Assembly: GCA_963741065.1 (NCBI GenBank)
Contig: CAVUGV010000018.1
Span: forward strand, 44,733 to 108,732
DNA: 64,000 nt
Source: an uncultured Verrucomicrobiae bacterium
Lineage (GTDB): Bacteria; Verrucomicrobiota; Verrucomicrobiia; Chthoniobacterales; UBA10450
Reading direction: 5' to 3'
The notes below the pieces were generated by a model. The model was not told where the DNA came from and searched no databases. It saw only the letters and a program-made list of their open reading frames with translations. Below are positions 30,925-39,767 of the stretch, one piece after another; within the stretch, counting starts at the first letter, position 1, and the number at the start of each line of letters is the position of its first letter. The translations under genes and the position numbers were made by a program.

Positions 30925-31179
30925 TCAAGTGTGGCGCGGAACGGTTCCCACAGAGGGCTTGGCGGAATCGTCGACGAGCGTTCGTGCCGTGAGTGTGCGC
31001 CACCGCCGAGTGAGGCTACTCCAAAAGGGAGCTCGCACCTGCCTCCGATGTGCGGGACGCCGGGCCAACTCGATCACTTTGTGGCGCTGGCGTTGCAGCA
31101 AAACGGCCAGCAGTCCGCTTTGCGTAAGGGTCAGGTTTGATTTTGTCATAACGTAGTCTTTCCTGTTTTTCATAAGCAT
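30925..31179 (-). CDS. hypothetical protein, start uncertain
   Basis: Open frame with candidate starts at 31179 and 31149 (MTKSNLTLTQSGLLAVLLQRQRHKVIEL..). Weak evidence only. Confidence 0.3.
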   Translation of the reverse strand: MLMKNRKDYVMTKSNLTLTQSGLLAVLLQRQRHKVIELARRPAHRRQVRAPFWSSLTRRWRTLTARTLVDDSAKPSVGTVPRHT

Positions 31180-31471
31180 CTTCTTATTTGAGGTTGACTG
31201 CTCCAAATCCGCGCGGAACGAGGAACCTTCTTCGGGAGGCGCTTTGAAGAGCGGCCTCGCTTCGGAAGCCTCGGGGCTCCAGGTGAATCTGGAGATCGCG
31301 TTAGGCGGTGTCTCAGCGAAGGTTAAGCCTCTCAACCGGTCTTTTAGTCCGGCCAAAAGTACGTTGGGACGTCGGGTGACGTAATCAAAGCAAGTCTAGC
31401 AGTAGTCTCGAGACGCGCATATTGGACTTTAGTCCTATGTCTTTCTGGGGGCATCAAAGCTGTTTGTGAGC

Positions 31472-31555
31472 ATGGAGACTTACGAAGTCCGCCCTCGCAA
31501 AGATGATCGCGGCGTCGATCTGATTTCCGATGCGCTCCCATTCGGTCGGCTGTGG
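31472..31555 (+). pseudogene. 5' fragment (c) of the small gene family
   Basis: METYEVRPRKDDRGVDLISDALPFGRLW. Family similarity then ends abruptly (LHHPGVS..). Confidence 0.5.
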
Positions 31556-31682
31556 CTTCACCATCCGGGCGTATCGATTATGGTTTTCACATCTGGGAGA
31601 TTATCGAGGGGTCTAGCGCCCAGTTGGGGAACCAAACCTACGTGTCCGTCCGAAGTAACTAAGAGCCCCGCGCGTCGGACAC

Positions 31683-32048
31683 ATGGCACTGCGTATCCTT
31701 TTTGTCGAAGATCATAACTACAGCCGCCAAACAGTTTCGCGGCTACTAAGGCATTTCCATTATGACGTCGTCGCTGCGCCGGACTACCGAACCGCCAGTG
31801 CGCTTCTAGACAAATGGCAGTTCGATGTCCTCTTGAGCGACATTCGTTTGCCAGATGGGGATGGCTGCAATCTCGTAACGGTAGCTAAGTCTAAGCAACC
31901 GCTCGTCGCGATTGCGCTCACTGGTCTTGGAACTGGGGAGGATGAAGAGCGTGGTCTTTCGTGCGGCTTTGATCACTATTTCATTAAACCGTTAGATTTT
32001 TACCGACTGCGCGCGGTTCTCAGGGGAATCGCTTCGCGACATAGTTAG
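31683..32048 (+). CDS. orphan single-domain response regulator (CheY-like receiver)
   Basis: 121 aa. ILFVEDH.., phospho-acceptor context VLLSDIRLPDGDG, ..ALTG.., ..FIKP.. No kinase gene nearby. Confidence 0.8.
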   Translation: MALRILFVEDHNYSRQTVSRLLRHFHYDVVAAPDYRTASALLDKWQFDVLLSDIRLPDGDGCNLVTVAKSKQPLVAIALTGLGTGEDEERGLSCGFDHYFIKPLDFYRLRAVLRGIASRHS

Positions 32049-32229
32049 TGAAGCGGCGTCCGGTTGGTAAAACGCAAGAAACAGCCTTTCGGGGTTGTTC
32101 CCGGAGGGATGGCGTTAAAGCGCGAATATTGCCAGTCGAATGCGCGCAATGCCGCTTGGTGCCATTCGCTATCCAAGGCTGAGATCCAGTCCAAAGTTCC
32201 ATCCGGCTTTCTTGAGCTTGTCAGGGAAC

Positions 32230-32252
32230 AGCGGGCAACGGGAATCGAACCC
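32230..32252 (+). repeat. 23-nt direct copy of the tRNA-Gly(UCC) 3' end (att site of an integrated remnant)
   Basis: AGCGGGCAACGGGAATCGAACCC is identical to 35383-35405, covering the T-arm through the discriminator of the tRNA on the minus strand. Confidence 0.75.
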
Positions 32253-32404
32253 AATTTGAAGTCTTCGCGGCTTTGCGCAATTCCGCCACAAACATGCGCT
32301 AGGCTGCGTGTTAGAGGGGAAAATGCAAATCAGCGCGTTTGCACGATTCGCGCAGAATTACGCAGTTCGAGTGTCCGAATTTGTCCGAAAAGATTTAATG
32401 ATCC

Positions 32405-32785
32405 TTACCAATCTGCCGTGGCGGACAGCGATCTCGCGCCGTATTGGGTGGTGACCGTTGGCGACACTGGGGACACTGGGGGACAAGTGGTGACATTTCT
32501 TACAGAGCGCAAATCCGCCGGCAAAATGCTCCATTTGTAGCGGTAGTTCCATTGATAGAGCGTGCTTCGGGCGATTCCGGTACGCTTAGCGGCTTCAGTG
32601 TAGCCAATCTCGCCGACCAGCATGCGAACTTTCTCCCTGTCGACGGGCAACTTTTGTCTGCCTATCTGGCTGAGCATGGAAGATAGCATACCACAAACGG
32701 CTCTCCGAGTTGGATACAAGCACGCTTCCAATGCAGAGATAGATGAAGGGCTGCACTCTCTTACACGGGATACATATGGTACCAA
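32405..32785 (-). CDS. HTH protein (AlpA/excisionase-like or IS-derived), boundaries uncertain
   Basis: ..VRMLVGEIGYTEAAKRTGIARSTLYQWNYRY.. is a helix-turn-helix of the Xis/AlpA or transposase-N type. The C-terminal part looks non-coding (GGGGACACT tandem). Confidence 0.35.
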   Translation of the reverse strand: MVPYVSRVRECSPSSISALEACLYPTRRAVCGMLSSMLSQIGRQKLPVDREKVRMLVGEIGYTEAAKRTGIARSTLYQWNYRYKWSILPADLRSVRNVTTCPPVSPVSPTVTTQYGARSLSATADW

Positions 32786-33078
32786 GCCGAAGTCACTTAG
32801 TGCTTATTTCGCTTAACGCAGCCCCTTCCTCAATTCGATGTAACGGGCGAACGATCTGGATTGCCGACGCACATCGCGGCGACGGAAGGCGTTTCGTTGT
32901 GCACGCAGAGGAATTGTTGACCGCATTTTGGAACTCGAATCAGGAGTTCGATCCGGCAGAACACGCAGAGAACTGTGGAGCCCGTAAAATAACGCTCGAC
33001 AACTGTCGCGGATCGAGTAAAAGCCTCGTCGATTTCGTCATCCGACAGTTTCAACGTATTTTCGGCACGGCTGAATAA
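32743..33078 (+). CDS. hypothetical protein
   Basis: ..GRTIWIADAHRGDGRRFVVHAEELLTAF.. resembles a small conserved hypothetical I have seen in soil phyla. Start uncertain. Confidence 0.35.
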   Translation: MKGCTLLHGIHMVPSRSHLVLISLNAAPSSIRCNGRTIWIADAHRGDGRRFVVHAEELLTAFWNSNQEFDPAEHAENCGARKITLDNCRGSSKSLVDFVIRQFQRIFGTAE

Positions 33079-33241
33079 GCCGCAGGGGGCTGGACCTTCG
33101 CTGAGACACCGTTTAGCGCAATCTCCCCAGATCCAACTGGATCCCCGAGTCAGCCGAAGTGAGGTCACTGCTCCAAAGCGACCTCGGGAGGACGGTTGCT
33201 GATTCCACACGGAACTGGATTCCAGTCAGCCTCAACAAAAA

Positions 33242-34581
33242 ATGAAAAAACAGGCTAACCCGTCCATTAAGGCGCACCTGCTTTGGAGCGCATTGATCCT
33301 GCTCGCTCTTCTCGCGGTCTGCGCGATTCCATTCACGCTGGCGCAATCCAGCAGTCGCGGGACCAGCAACCAAAGCGTAGCCCAGGCGGCGGCCAAGCCG
33401 AATCTGTCCGCGATCGCGGAGCTGCCGCCTTTGACCAAGTCGATTTCTACGCGGGCGGTTTTAAATCCCGGCGCAGGCGGACCGCAGGCAGCACCGGCTG
33501 TTGATGGAGCGGTTAGGGCCCCCACACTGTCAAGCGGAGCCACCGGCGCGAATCCGGTCGTCCGTACGGGTGAGGTATGTCAGTTCCACGTGCTCATCGT
33601 GTATGCGGATCAACTAGGCCCGCCTACTCAGCTTCAGTCGGAAATCCAGGCCGAACCTAATGTGATCTCGGTTGACCTGTTTGCTGCAACAATCGGCACG
33701 CCCACTCTGGCTCAGCTTCAGCAATACCAGATCGTCGTGCCTTTCAGCGATTCTCCGTTTGCCGACGGAGATACGCTGGGTAACAACCTGGCCGACTACG
33801 TGGATGGCGGAGGCGTGGTCGTCCAGTACGGCTTTAGCTTCTTCGGCCCTGGGCAGGTGCAGGCCCGGCCGGGCGGCGATGGAACCATCTCGGGGTACGG
33901 TATTACTGGCCGATGGCTAAGTGGCAACTACAACCCGTACACCTACTCGACGAACGTGCAATACAATGCATTCTCGCTGGGCACGCATAACGCGGGGCAC
34001 CCGTTGATGGCTGGTGTCACCATGCTCAACAGCAACTATGCAAACATCATAACGCTTGCCGTTGGAGCGACAGAAGTAGCGCAGAACAACCTCGGCAACT
34101 CACTCGTGGCGTACCGGCCGGTGAGCGGCGGGCACACCACTGTGGGCGTCACAGCCTATGTCGGGTTCGCTGCGACGCAGAGCGGAGACTGGGGAAAGGT
34201 GATAGTCAATGCTGGCAACTGGCTGGCTAATTGCCAGGGAGGAAGTCCGACTCCAACGCCGACGGCAACTCACACTCCGACAGCTACCCCAACAGCTACT
34301 CACACGCCCACACCTATTCCAACAGCTACGTTCACGCCCACGCCGACTCCGACGGGAACTCACCCTCCGACAGCAACACCAACAGCTACTCACACGCCCA
34401 CGCCTACTCCAACAACTACAGCCACGCTACAGCTACAGCTACGCATACACCGACAGCTACGCCAACGGCAACGTCAACAGTTACAGCAACGGCGACGCCG
34501 ACACAAACGCCGAGACCAACCACGACACCGAGACAAATCCCGACGCCGAGGCTACGTCCGACACCGTCGCCTCGTCCGTAG
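33242..34581 (+). CDS. secreted protein with C-terminal Pro/Thr-rich tandem repeats (frame break near 34420)
   Basis: Signal peptide [35 protein letters not shown], a globular domain of about 300 aa, then (T/A)-H-T-P-T-(A/P)-T-P-T repeats continuing in a second frame to the stop at 34581. Confidence 0.6.
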
Positions 34582-34627
34582 CGCTAAATCCAAATAGAAC
34601 AAGAACAAAGCGAAGCTCAACCTGACG

Positions 34628-34900
34628 GTGCGTGAGGAGCAACGGAACAAACTGGAACAAATGGCGTCTTTAGAGAACCGTTCCGTCTCCAATCTCATCG
34701 AGGTTATGGCCGATGAACGCTGGGTCCGATTGGCCGATCCCGCAGGCAAGTTGTCAGAGGCACAAAAACAGGAGCTGGCAGAAACGATACTGGAAGCGCA
34801 CAAGGCACTTATTAAGGCGGACGGTAAAAATATTCGCCTCTGTGGGCCCGTTGTCGATTCCTTAAGCCAAGACCCTCATCGCGAGACAACTTCGAAATAA
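34628..34900 (+). CDS. RHH-domain paralog with damaged 5' end
   Basis: ..LNLTVREEQRNKLEQMASLENRSVSNLIEVMADERW.. 34584-34732 is roughly 90% identical by eye to 28751-28899. The ATG is lost and a TAG lies in the N-terminal tail. Only a GTG at 34628 remains. Confidence 0.5.
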   Translation: MREEQRNKLEQMASLENRSVSNLIEVMADERWVRLADPAGKLSEAQKQELAETILEAHKALIKADGKNIRLCGPVVDSLSQDPHRETTSK

Positions 34901-35049
34901 GCTGGTCTTTGCATGATGTGTCCGCGAGTCGACTAGATCAACCGCACGATTTGGCAACGACCAGGGGGTGAGCGTGTCGCGCTGAAACACGATAAAGACC
35001 CCCCGTAACCAATCGCGCAGGTAATGTTGTTAAAGACTTAGCAACCGTT

Positions 35050-35289
35050 TTAACTGGTGATCCTCCCGGAGAACGTGCGTTTGATCTCATGGACCTTGCG
35101 CAGTTCAGCGTCAGAGAATGGCGCAATGCGGTTTTGGGTCACCAGGATCTGCAGTTCATGCCGCGTGTAAATGCTCCACGACCCGGCGCCGGCTTCGACT
35201 AGGGCTTCTTTGGTGGCCTCGTCCTCGCAGAAGAAGATGATCTCGTCCAGGGCTTGAGAATGGACCACGACGAAGGGCAGATCGAGCAA
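35050..35289 (-). CDS. small hypothetical protein (79 aa)
   Basis: MLDLPFVVVHSQALDEIIFFCEDEATKEALVEAGAGSWSIYTRHELQILV.. No family recognised. Confidence 0.4.
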   Translation of the reverse strand: MLDLPFVVVHSQALDEIIFFCEDEATKEALVEAGAGSWSIYTRHELQILVTQNRIAPFSDAELRKVHEIKRTFSGRITS

Positions 35290-35382
35290 GGACAGGAGAG
35301 GTCGTTTGTATGCCCGGAGGGTATCGGCAAAGTCTGGCGAGCAACGTCAAAACAAGTTTGGTTCACCAATGAAATAGTAATG

Positions 35383-35453
35383 AGCGGGCAACGGGAATCG
35401 AACCCGCATGGCCAGCTTGGAAGGCTGGAACTTTACCATTAAGCTATGCCCGC
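35383..35453 (-). tRNA. tRNA-Gly (anticodon UCC), CCA not encoded
   Basis: Reverse complement GCGGGCATAGCTTAATGGTAAAGTTCCAGCCTTCCAAGCTGGCCATGCGGGTTCGATTCCCGTTGCCCGCT. 7-bp acceptor GCGGGCA/TGCCCGC, anticodon loop CTTCCAA, T-loop TTCGATT, 4-nt variable loop, discriminator U. Confidence 0.9.
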
Positions 35454-35645
35454 GCGAGTAAGCAGTGAACTCCGAAAGCCTTCGCGAGTGAACAGTGATC
35501 GGTGAAACGTGAACAGTCAACGCCAGAGCAGTCAACAATGAGAGCCCGCTAATTACGCGGATGCACGCGAAAGAATTATAGAAGAAGGCTCGCCTTTTAC
35601 TTTGATTCGCGTCAATCCGTGTGTTTCGCGGGCTTGAGGTTCTTT

Positions 35646-36900
35646 TTATTTCTCAAACGCGGCGGCAAGCAGTGTGGCATTGTGGCCGCCGAAACCGAAG
35701 GAATTGTTCAGAACGACGCGCACTTTCTTTTCGCGGGCGACGGTTGGCGTGTAATCGAGGTCGCATTCTTCGCCCGGATTTTCCAGATTGATCGTGGGCG
35801 GAATAACGGAATCGCGAATGGCGAGCGCGCACGCTGCCATCTCGACCCCACCCGCGCCGCCTAACAAATGGCCGGTCATCGATTTGGTGGAACTGATGGC
35901 GACTTTGTAAGCGTAATCCCCGAAGACCTGCTTGATGGCGCGAGTCTCGCAAATGTCACCGATGTCGGTAGAGGTAGCATGCGCATTGATATAATCCACC
36001 TGGTCCGCGAGATATGCAGGCGTGCTCGAGCGCCATTTGCATGGCGCGCGCTGCGCCTTCGCCGTTCGGCGGCGGCGCCGTCATGTGGTAAGCGTCGGCC
36101 GACACACCGTATCCCGTGATCTCACAGTAAATTTTCGCGCCACGCGCCTTGGCGTGCTCCAATTCCTCCACTACCACAACGCCTGCACCTTCGCTCATCA
36201 CAAAACCGTCGCGATCACGATCGAACGGCCGGGACGCACGCTCGGGCTCGTCGTTGCGGGTGCTGAGTGCTCTCATCGCCGAGAAGCCGGCAAGGCCAAT
36301 CTCGACGATGGACGCCTCCGAGCCGCCGGCGAGGAAGACGTCGGCATCACCAAATTTGATAATTCGCCAGGCTTCACCAATGGCGTTGTTCGATGTGGCG
36401 CAGGCGGTGACGATACACAAATTCGGGCCATGCAGGTCGAGCTCCATGGAAATGACGCCGCCGGCCATGTTGCTGATGAGCATCGGAATTGTGAACGGCG
36501 AGTTCCGCGACGGCCCTTTGGTCAGTAGAATCGTCAATTGATCCTGGAGAGTTTTCAGTCCGCCGATTCCGGTGCCAACGATCACCCCGAAACGGTCCCG
36601 ATGCTTCACGTTCGCTATATCAATCCCGCTATCCTCAATCGCCATTTTTGTTGCGGCCATTGAAAGCTGCGTGAATCGATCGGTCCGGCGGACGTCCTTC
36701 GGGTTTTTAAAGAACGGCTTCGGATCGAAATCGCGAACTTGCCCACCGATTTTGCAATCGTAAGCGGTGGTATCGAATGCATCGATTGCACGAATGCCGC
36801 TAACCCCGTTCTTCAGGTTGGACCAAAACGTCTCGACGTCACTGCCTAAAGGCGTAACGGCACCGAGACCAGTGATAACAACTCTGCGATCGTTGTTCAT
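35646..36900 (-). CDS. fabF: 3-oxoacyl-ACP synthase II (one frame break near 35960-36000)
   Basis: [19 protein letters not shown].., active-site context ..IVTACATS.., [16 protein letters not shown]. Confidence 0.9.
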
Positions 36901-36904
36901 TTAA

Positions 36905-37000
36905 CAATTTAGTGATTTAGCGATTCAAGCGTGGAACGGTTCAACGATGTGGCGCAAGGTCAATCGCTAAATCACTGAATCACTGAATCGCTAAATAATT
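36905..37000. repeat. inverted word repeats (AATCACTGAATCGCTAAAT type)
   Basis: tttagtgatttagcgattc ... gaatcgctaaatcactgaatcactgaatcgctaaat between the GuaB3-like gene and fabF. Confidence 0.6.
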
Positions 37001-38178
37001 TAGCTGGTTCCCATTCCGACGCTTTGAACGGTTTGGAAGAGTTTTCCTTCGGTCTTGATCGATGGCGCGATGATAATTTCCGTTTGCTGGAATTCGGCAA
37101 TACTTCGCGCGCCGACGTTACCCATGCAGGTGGTGACGGCACCGACCAGATTTTGGCTGCCGTCGTCAACTTCTGCAGGACCAAACAGGATTTGTTTTAG
37201 CGACCCGGTAGAACCTACCCTGATGCGGGTGCCTCGCGGAAGATTTGCATGTGGAGTGGCCATGCCCCAATGGTAGCCGCGCCCAGGCGCTTCGTGTGCT
37301 TTGGCGAACGCGCTGCCCACCATGACGGCGTCCGCGCCGCAGGCCAACGCCTTGCACACGTCACCGCCTCTGCTCATCCCGCCATCAGTGATGATTGGGA
37401 CGTAGCGATATGATTTCTTGAAGTAAGCGTCACGCGCCGCTGCGCAATCGACCGTTGCGGTGACCTGGGGAACACCGAGCCCAAGCACGCCGCGTGAAGT
37501 GCAAGCCGCTCCGGGACCGACGCCGACTAAAACCGCGGCCGGCCCGCACTCCATGATCTCAAGAGTCACGTCGTAGCCGACAGTGTTTCCAACGATGACC
37601 GGAATGCGCATGTCCCGGCAAAACTTTTCCAGATCAAGCGACTTGTACTCCGACGAAATATGCCGCACGGTCGAAACCGTGCTTTGCACCACGAAAACAT
37701 CCGCGCCAGCGTCTTGCGCAATCCTGCCAAATTCCGCGGCACGCTGGGGAATGGAACTGACCGCAGCCAATACACCGCCATCTTTGATCTGGCGCACACG
37801 CGCCGCGATTAGATCCGCCTGAATCGGTTCCTGGTAGATCCGTTGCAGCAGCGCGGTGATGTCGGATTTATTTGCATCGACGATTTTTTGCAGCACTTCC
37901 TGCGGGTTCTTGTAGCGCGTTTGCACTCCTTCGAGATTCAGGACGGCTAGTCCGCCCAACTGGTTCATGGCAACGGCGAAGCGCACATCGACGACTCCAT
38001 CCATGGCACTCGCGATGATTGGAATTTTCAATTCCAGCGGATCGGCCTGTTTGCGCGGCAAACGGAACGTGATATCGACCTCATTGGGGTTGATGGTCAC
38101 ACGCCCGGGTACAAGCGCGATTTCATCGAACCCGTAGGTCACACGCGCCTTGCGATTGCGGCCTATCCACATTCCCAT
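37000..38178 (-). CDS. IMP dehydrogenase-family protein without CBS pair (GuaB3 type)
   Basis: 392 aa. ..IPIIASAMDGV.., GVGPGAACTSRGVLGLGVPQ, ITDGGM..GGD..KALA.GAD.VM.G. Confidence 0.85.
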   Translation of the reverse strand: MGMWIGRNRKARVTYGFDEIALVPGRVTINPNEVDITFRLPRKQADPLELKIPIIASAMDGVVDVRFAVAMNQLGGLAVLNLEGVQTRYKNPQEVLQKIVDANKSDITALLQRIYQEPIQADLIAARVRQIKDGGVLAAVSSIPQRAAEFGRIAQDAGADVFVVQSTVSTVRHISSEYKSLDLEKFCRDMRIPVIVGNTVGYDVTLEIMECGPAAVLVGVGPGAACTSRGVLGLGVPQVTATVDCAAARDAYFKKSYRYVPIITDGGMSRGGDVCKALACGADAVMVGSAFAKAHEAPGRGYHWGMATPHANLPRGTRIRVGSTGSLKQILFGPAEVDDGSQNLVGAVTTCMGNVGARSIAEFQQTEIIIAPSIKTEGKLFQTVQSVGMGTS

Positions 38179-38179
38179 G

Positions 38180-38419
38180 TTAAATCTGCTCCATCTTAAA
38201 TCGTTCGTTTAGACTTCCACAATGCGGGCACCGGGGAAGCAGCGCGTCGGTTCGATCCTCAAATTCAAATGCGCAAATGACGCAGCGCAACCGGTGCTCG
38301 AGAGCCCGTCGTTCCCGCCGCCTCCGATTCCATTCTCCAACTATCCAGAACAGGAAAACCGCCGCAAGAAAAAGCAGCAGATAAATCGTGACAAGAGTGG
38401 CAAGACTAACGCGAATCAC
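38180..38419 (-). CDS. small membrane-anchored zinc-ribbon protein
   Basis: N-terminal TM helix, then CVIC ... CPHC. Confidence 0.45.
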   Translation of the reverse strand: MIRVSLATLVTIYLLLFLAAVFLFWIVGEWNRRRRERRALEHRLRCVICAFEFEDRTDALLPRCPHCGSLNERFKMEQI

Positions 38420-39213
38420 GGGGTGAAGCTGGCTGCTCGTGGCGACTGTGGGCGCGCGATGTCATTGCCCCATACAATTGTTGCGATTCCCCAAGCCAGA
38501 AACGAGTCGGGTTTGCCAGCGTTTGCGGTGTTTTGGGGAAAGCGGCAACGCGCAACATACAAGCTGGCTTGCTCGTCCAGCGCGGAGTCACCTGATGAAT
38601 TAATCGGAAAACAATAACGAACTTCTCCAAGCTTGCTCACGGCCACCCGGAACCGAATCGTTTCAGGCATCTCTTCATTGGATGCAGCAAAAGCTGGGTC
38701 TGGCAAGATCGGCGCGCCAAAAGCTTGAATCTCTTTGGAAAACGAAAGGGACGTTTTGGCAACCGTAACGGGAAGGGCGGGTTTCTGCCGGGCAAAGTGC
38801 ACCGCGCCTGGCGGCTGGCAACTCGGAATTCGCAAATCCCGCTCCAGCGGCGGAATATTCTTCAAAGTCGGCTCGACCGCGGAATAGGACGGCACGTGCT
38901 CAGCTTTTGGCAGTGCACGCAGCTTTGTTTCCTGCGGACGACGAGTTGTGAAAGCAAGCGCGGGATCTTCCGCATCGATCCAGCGAAGCAGCGTGCGACC
39001 TTCTTCGGAGGCGGGCGTGATCAACGCAACGCGGGCTGGCGGCGGCAGCAGCGCCACCGTTGGCGGATAAACAATTTGAAAAATGTAAAAACAGAGGGCA
39101 TGCGCGGCCAGAGAGATCGCCAGAAAGACTGTAATCGCTAGTTTTTCGCCGCGAGGCGAATCCCAGCTAAATATAAGCGGTTCGGCTGCGCTCTCGGAGA
39201 TGAGGCTGTTCAT
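38416..39213 (-). CDS. TonB-like energy transducer (weak)
   Basis: N-terminal TM, Pro-rich stretch (VYPPTVALLPPPA), C-terminal domain. Immediately downstream of exbB-exbD with a 4-nt overlap. Confidence 0.55.
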   Translation of the reverse strand: MNSLISESAAEPLIFSWDSPRGEKLAITVFLAISLAAHALCFYIFQIVYPPTVALLPPPARVALITPASEEGRTLLRWIDAEDPALAFTTRRPQETKLRALPKAEHVPSYSAVEPTLKNIPPLERDLRIPSCQPPGAVHFARQKPALPVTVAKTSLSFSKEIQAFGAPILPDPAFAASNEEMPETIRFRVAVSKLGEVRYCFPINSSGDSALDEQASLYVARCRFPQNTANAGKPDSFLAWGIATIVWGNDIARPQSPRAASFTP

Positions 39214-39614
39214 CGCGGTGGAGTCGCAGCCAACGCGACGGAAGTGATGCCGTGTTCAAGCGCAGAGTTTGCCACTTCGGCAACCGTTTCGTAGGAGGTA
39301 GAACGGTCCGCCTTGATGATAATCGATTCGTCCCTGCGCTTGGCTGCATCCAGTAACGGCCCGAGTTGCTCCATGGTTACTCGTTGGTCCTGGAAATAAA
39401 TGGCCGGAACTGCGCCGCCGGTGATGCTGATGATCTGCCGGCTGGTTTGCGGACCAAGCGTAAAGCGCGAGAAAGGCATCGAAACCGAGATGCCTTGTTG
39501 CAGGATGAAATTCGAACTGAGCAAGAGAAAGAAAACAAGCAGGAAAGCGACGTCCACCAGCGCGATAAGCACAAGCCAGGCAAAGTTGTAGCTCACTGTG
39601 CGGCTGAGTTTCAT
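39210..39614 (-). CDS. exbD: ExbD/TolR-family biopolymer transport protein
   Basis: 134 aa. Single TM with conserved Asp (LIALVDVAFLLVFF) and a periplasmic domain with ..IIIKADRSTSYETV.. Confidence 0.85.
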   Translation of the reverse strand: MKLSRTVSYNFAWLVLIALVDVAFLLVFFLLLSSNFILQQGISVSMPFSRFTLGPQTSRQIISITGGAVPAIYFQDQRVTMEQLGPLLDAAKRRDESIIIKADRSTSYETVAEVANSALEHGITSVALAATPPR

Positions 39615-39629
39615 GTGGACGCAGATTAA

Positions 39630-39767
39630 AGAATGACGAATTCCGAATGACTAATGATGAAATAATGACGAAGCTCGAATGACGAAAAACCGATGGTGGC
39701 CTTTACCTCTCTCTCTGCCTCGTCATTTGGATTTCCTTCGTCATTCGACATTCGTGCTTCGTCATTG
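39630..39767. repeat. long imperfect hairpin built from AATGACGAA words, between exbB and exbD
   Basis: Left arm gaatgacgaattccgaatgactaatgatgaaataatgacgaagctcgaatgacgaa. Right arm ctcgtcatttggatttccttcgtcattcgacattcgtgcttcgtcatt. Confidence 0.7.

Noticed and set aside
34244-34581. Regular short repeats that might suggest a CRISPR array
   Set aside because: The units are contiguous with no unique spacers, about 24-27 nt long, and translate to a continuous Pro/Thr tract at the end of a secreted protein. No cas genes are present.
14895-35382. Search for an integrase, transposase or phage genes that would make the tRNA-bounded blocks active mobile elements
   Set aside because: No ORF in the track shows tyrosine/serine recombinase or DDE motifs. 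Only a short HTH ORF (32405-32785) is suggestive. The blocks are reported as fossil islands, not as mobile_element features.
36469-36476. CTGATGAG hammerhead-like core (also at about 47110)
   Set aside because: Both lie inside conserved coding sequence (fabF antisense, murF) and lack the flanking helices and GAAA element needed for a hammerhead.
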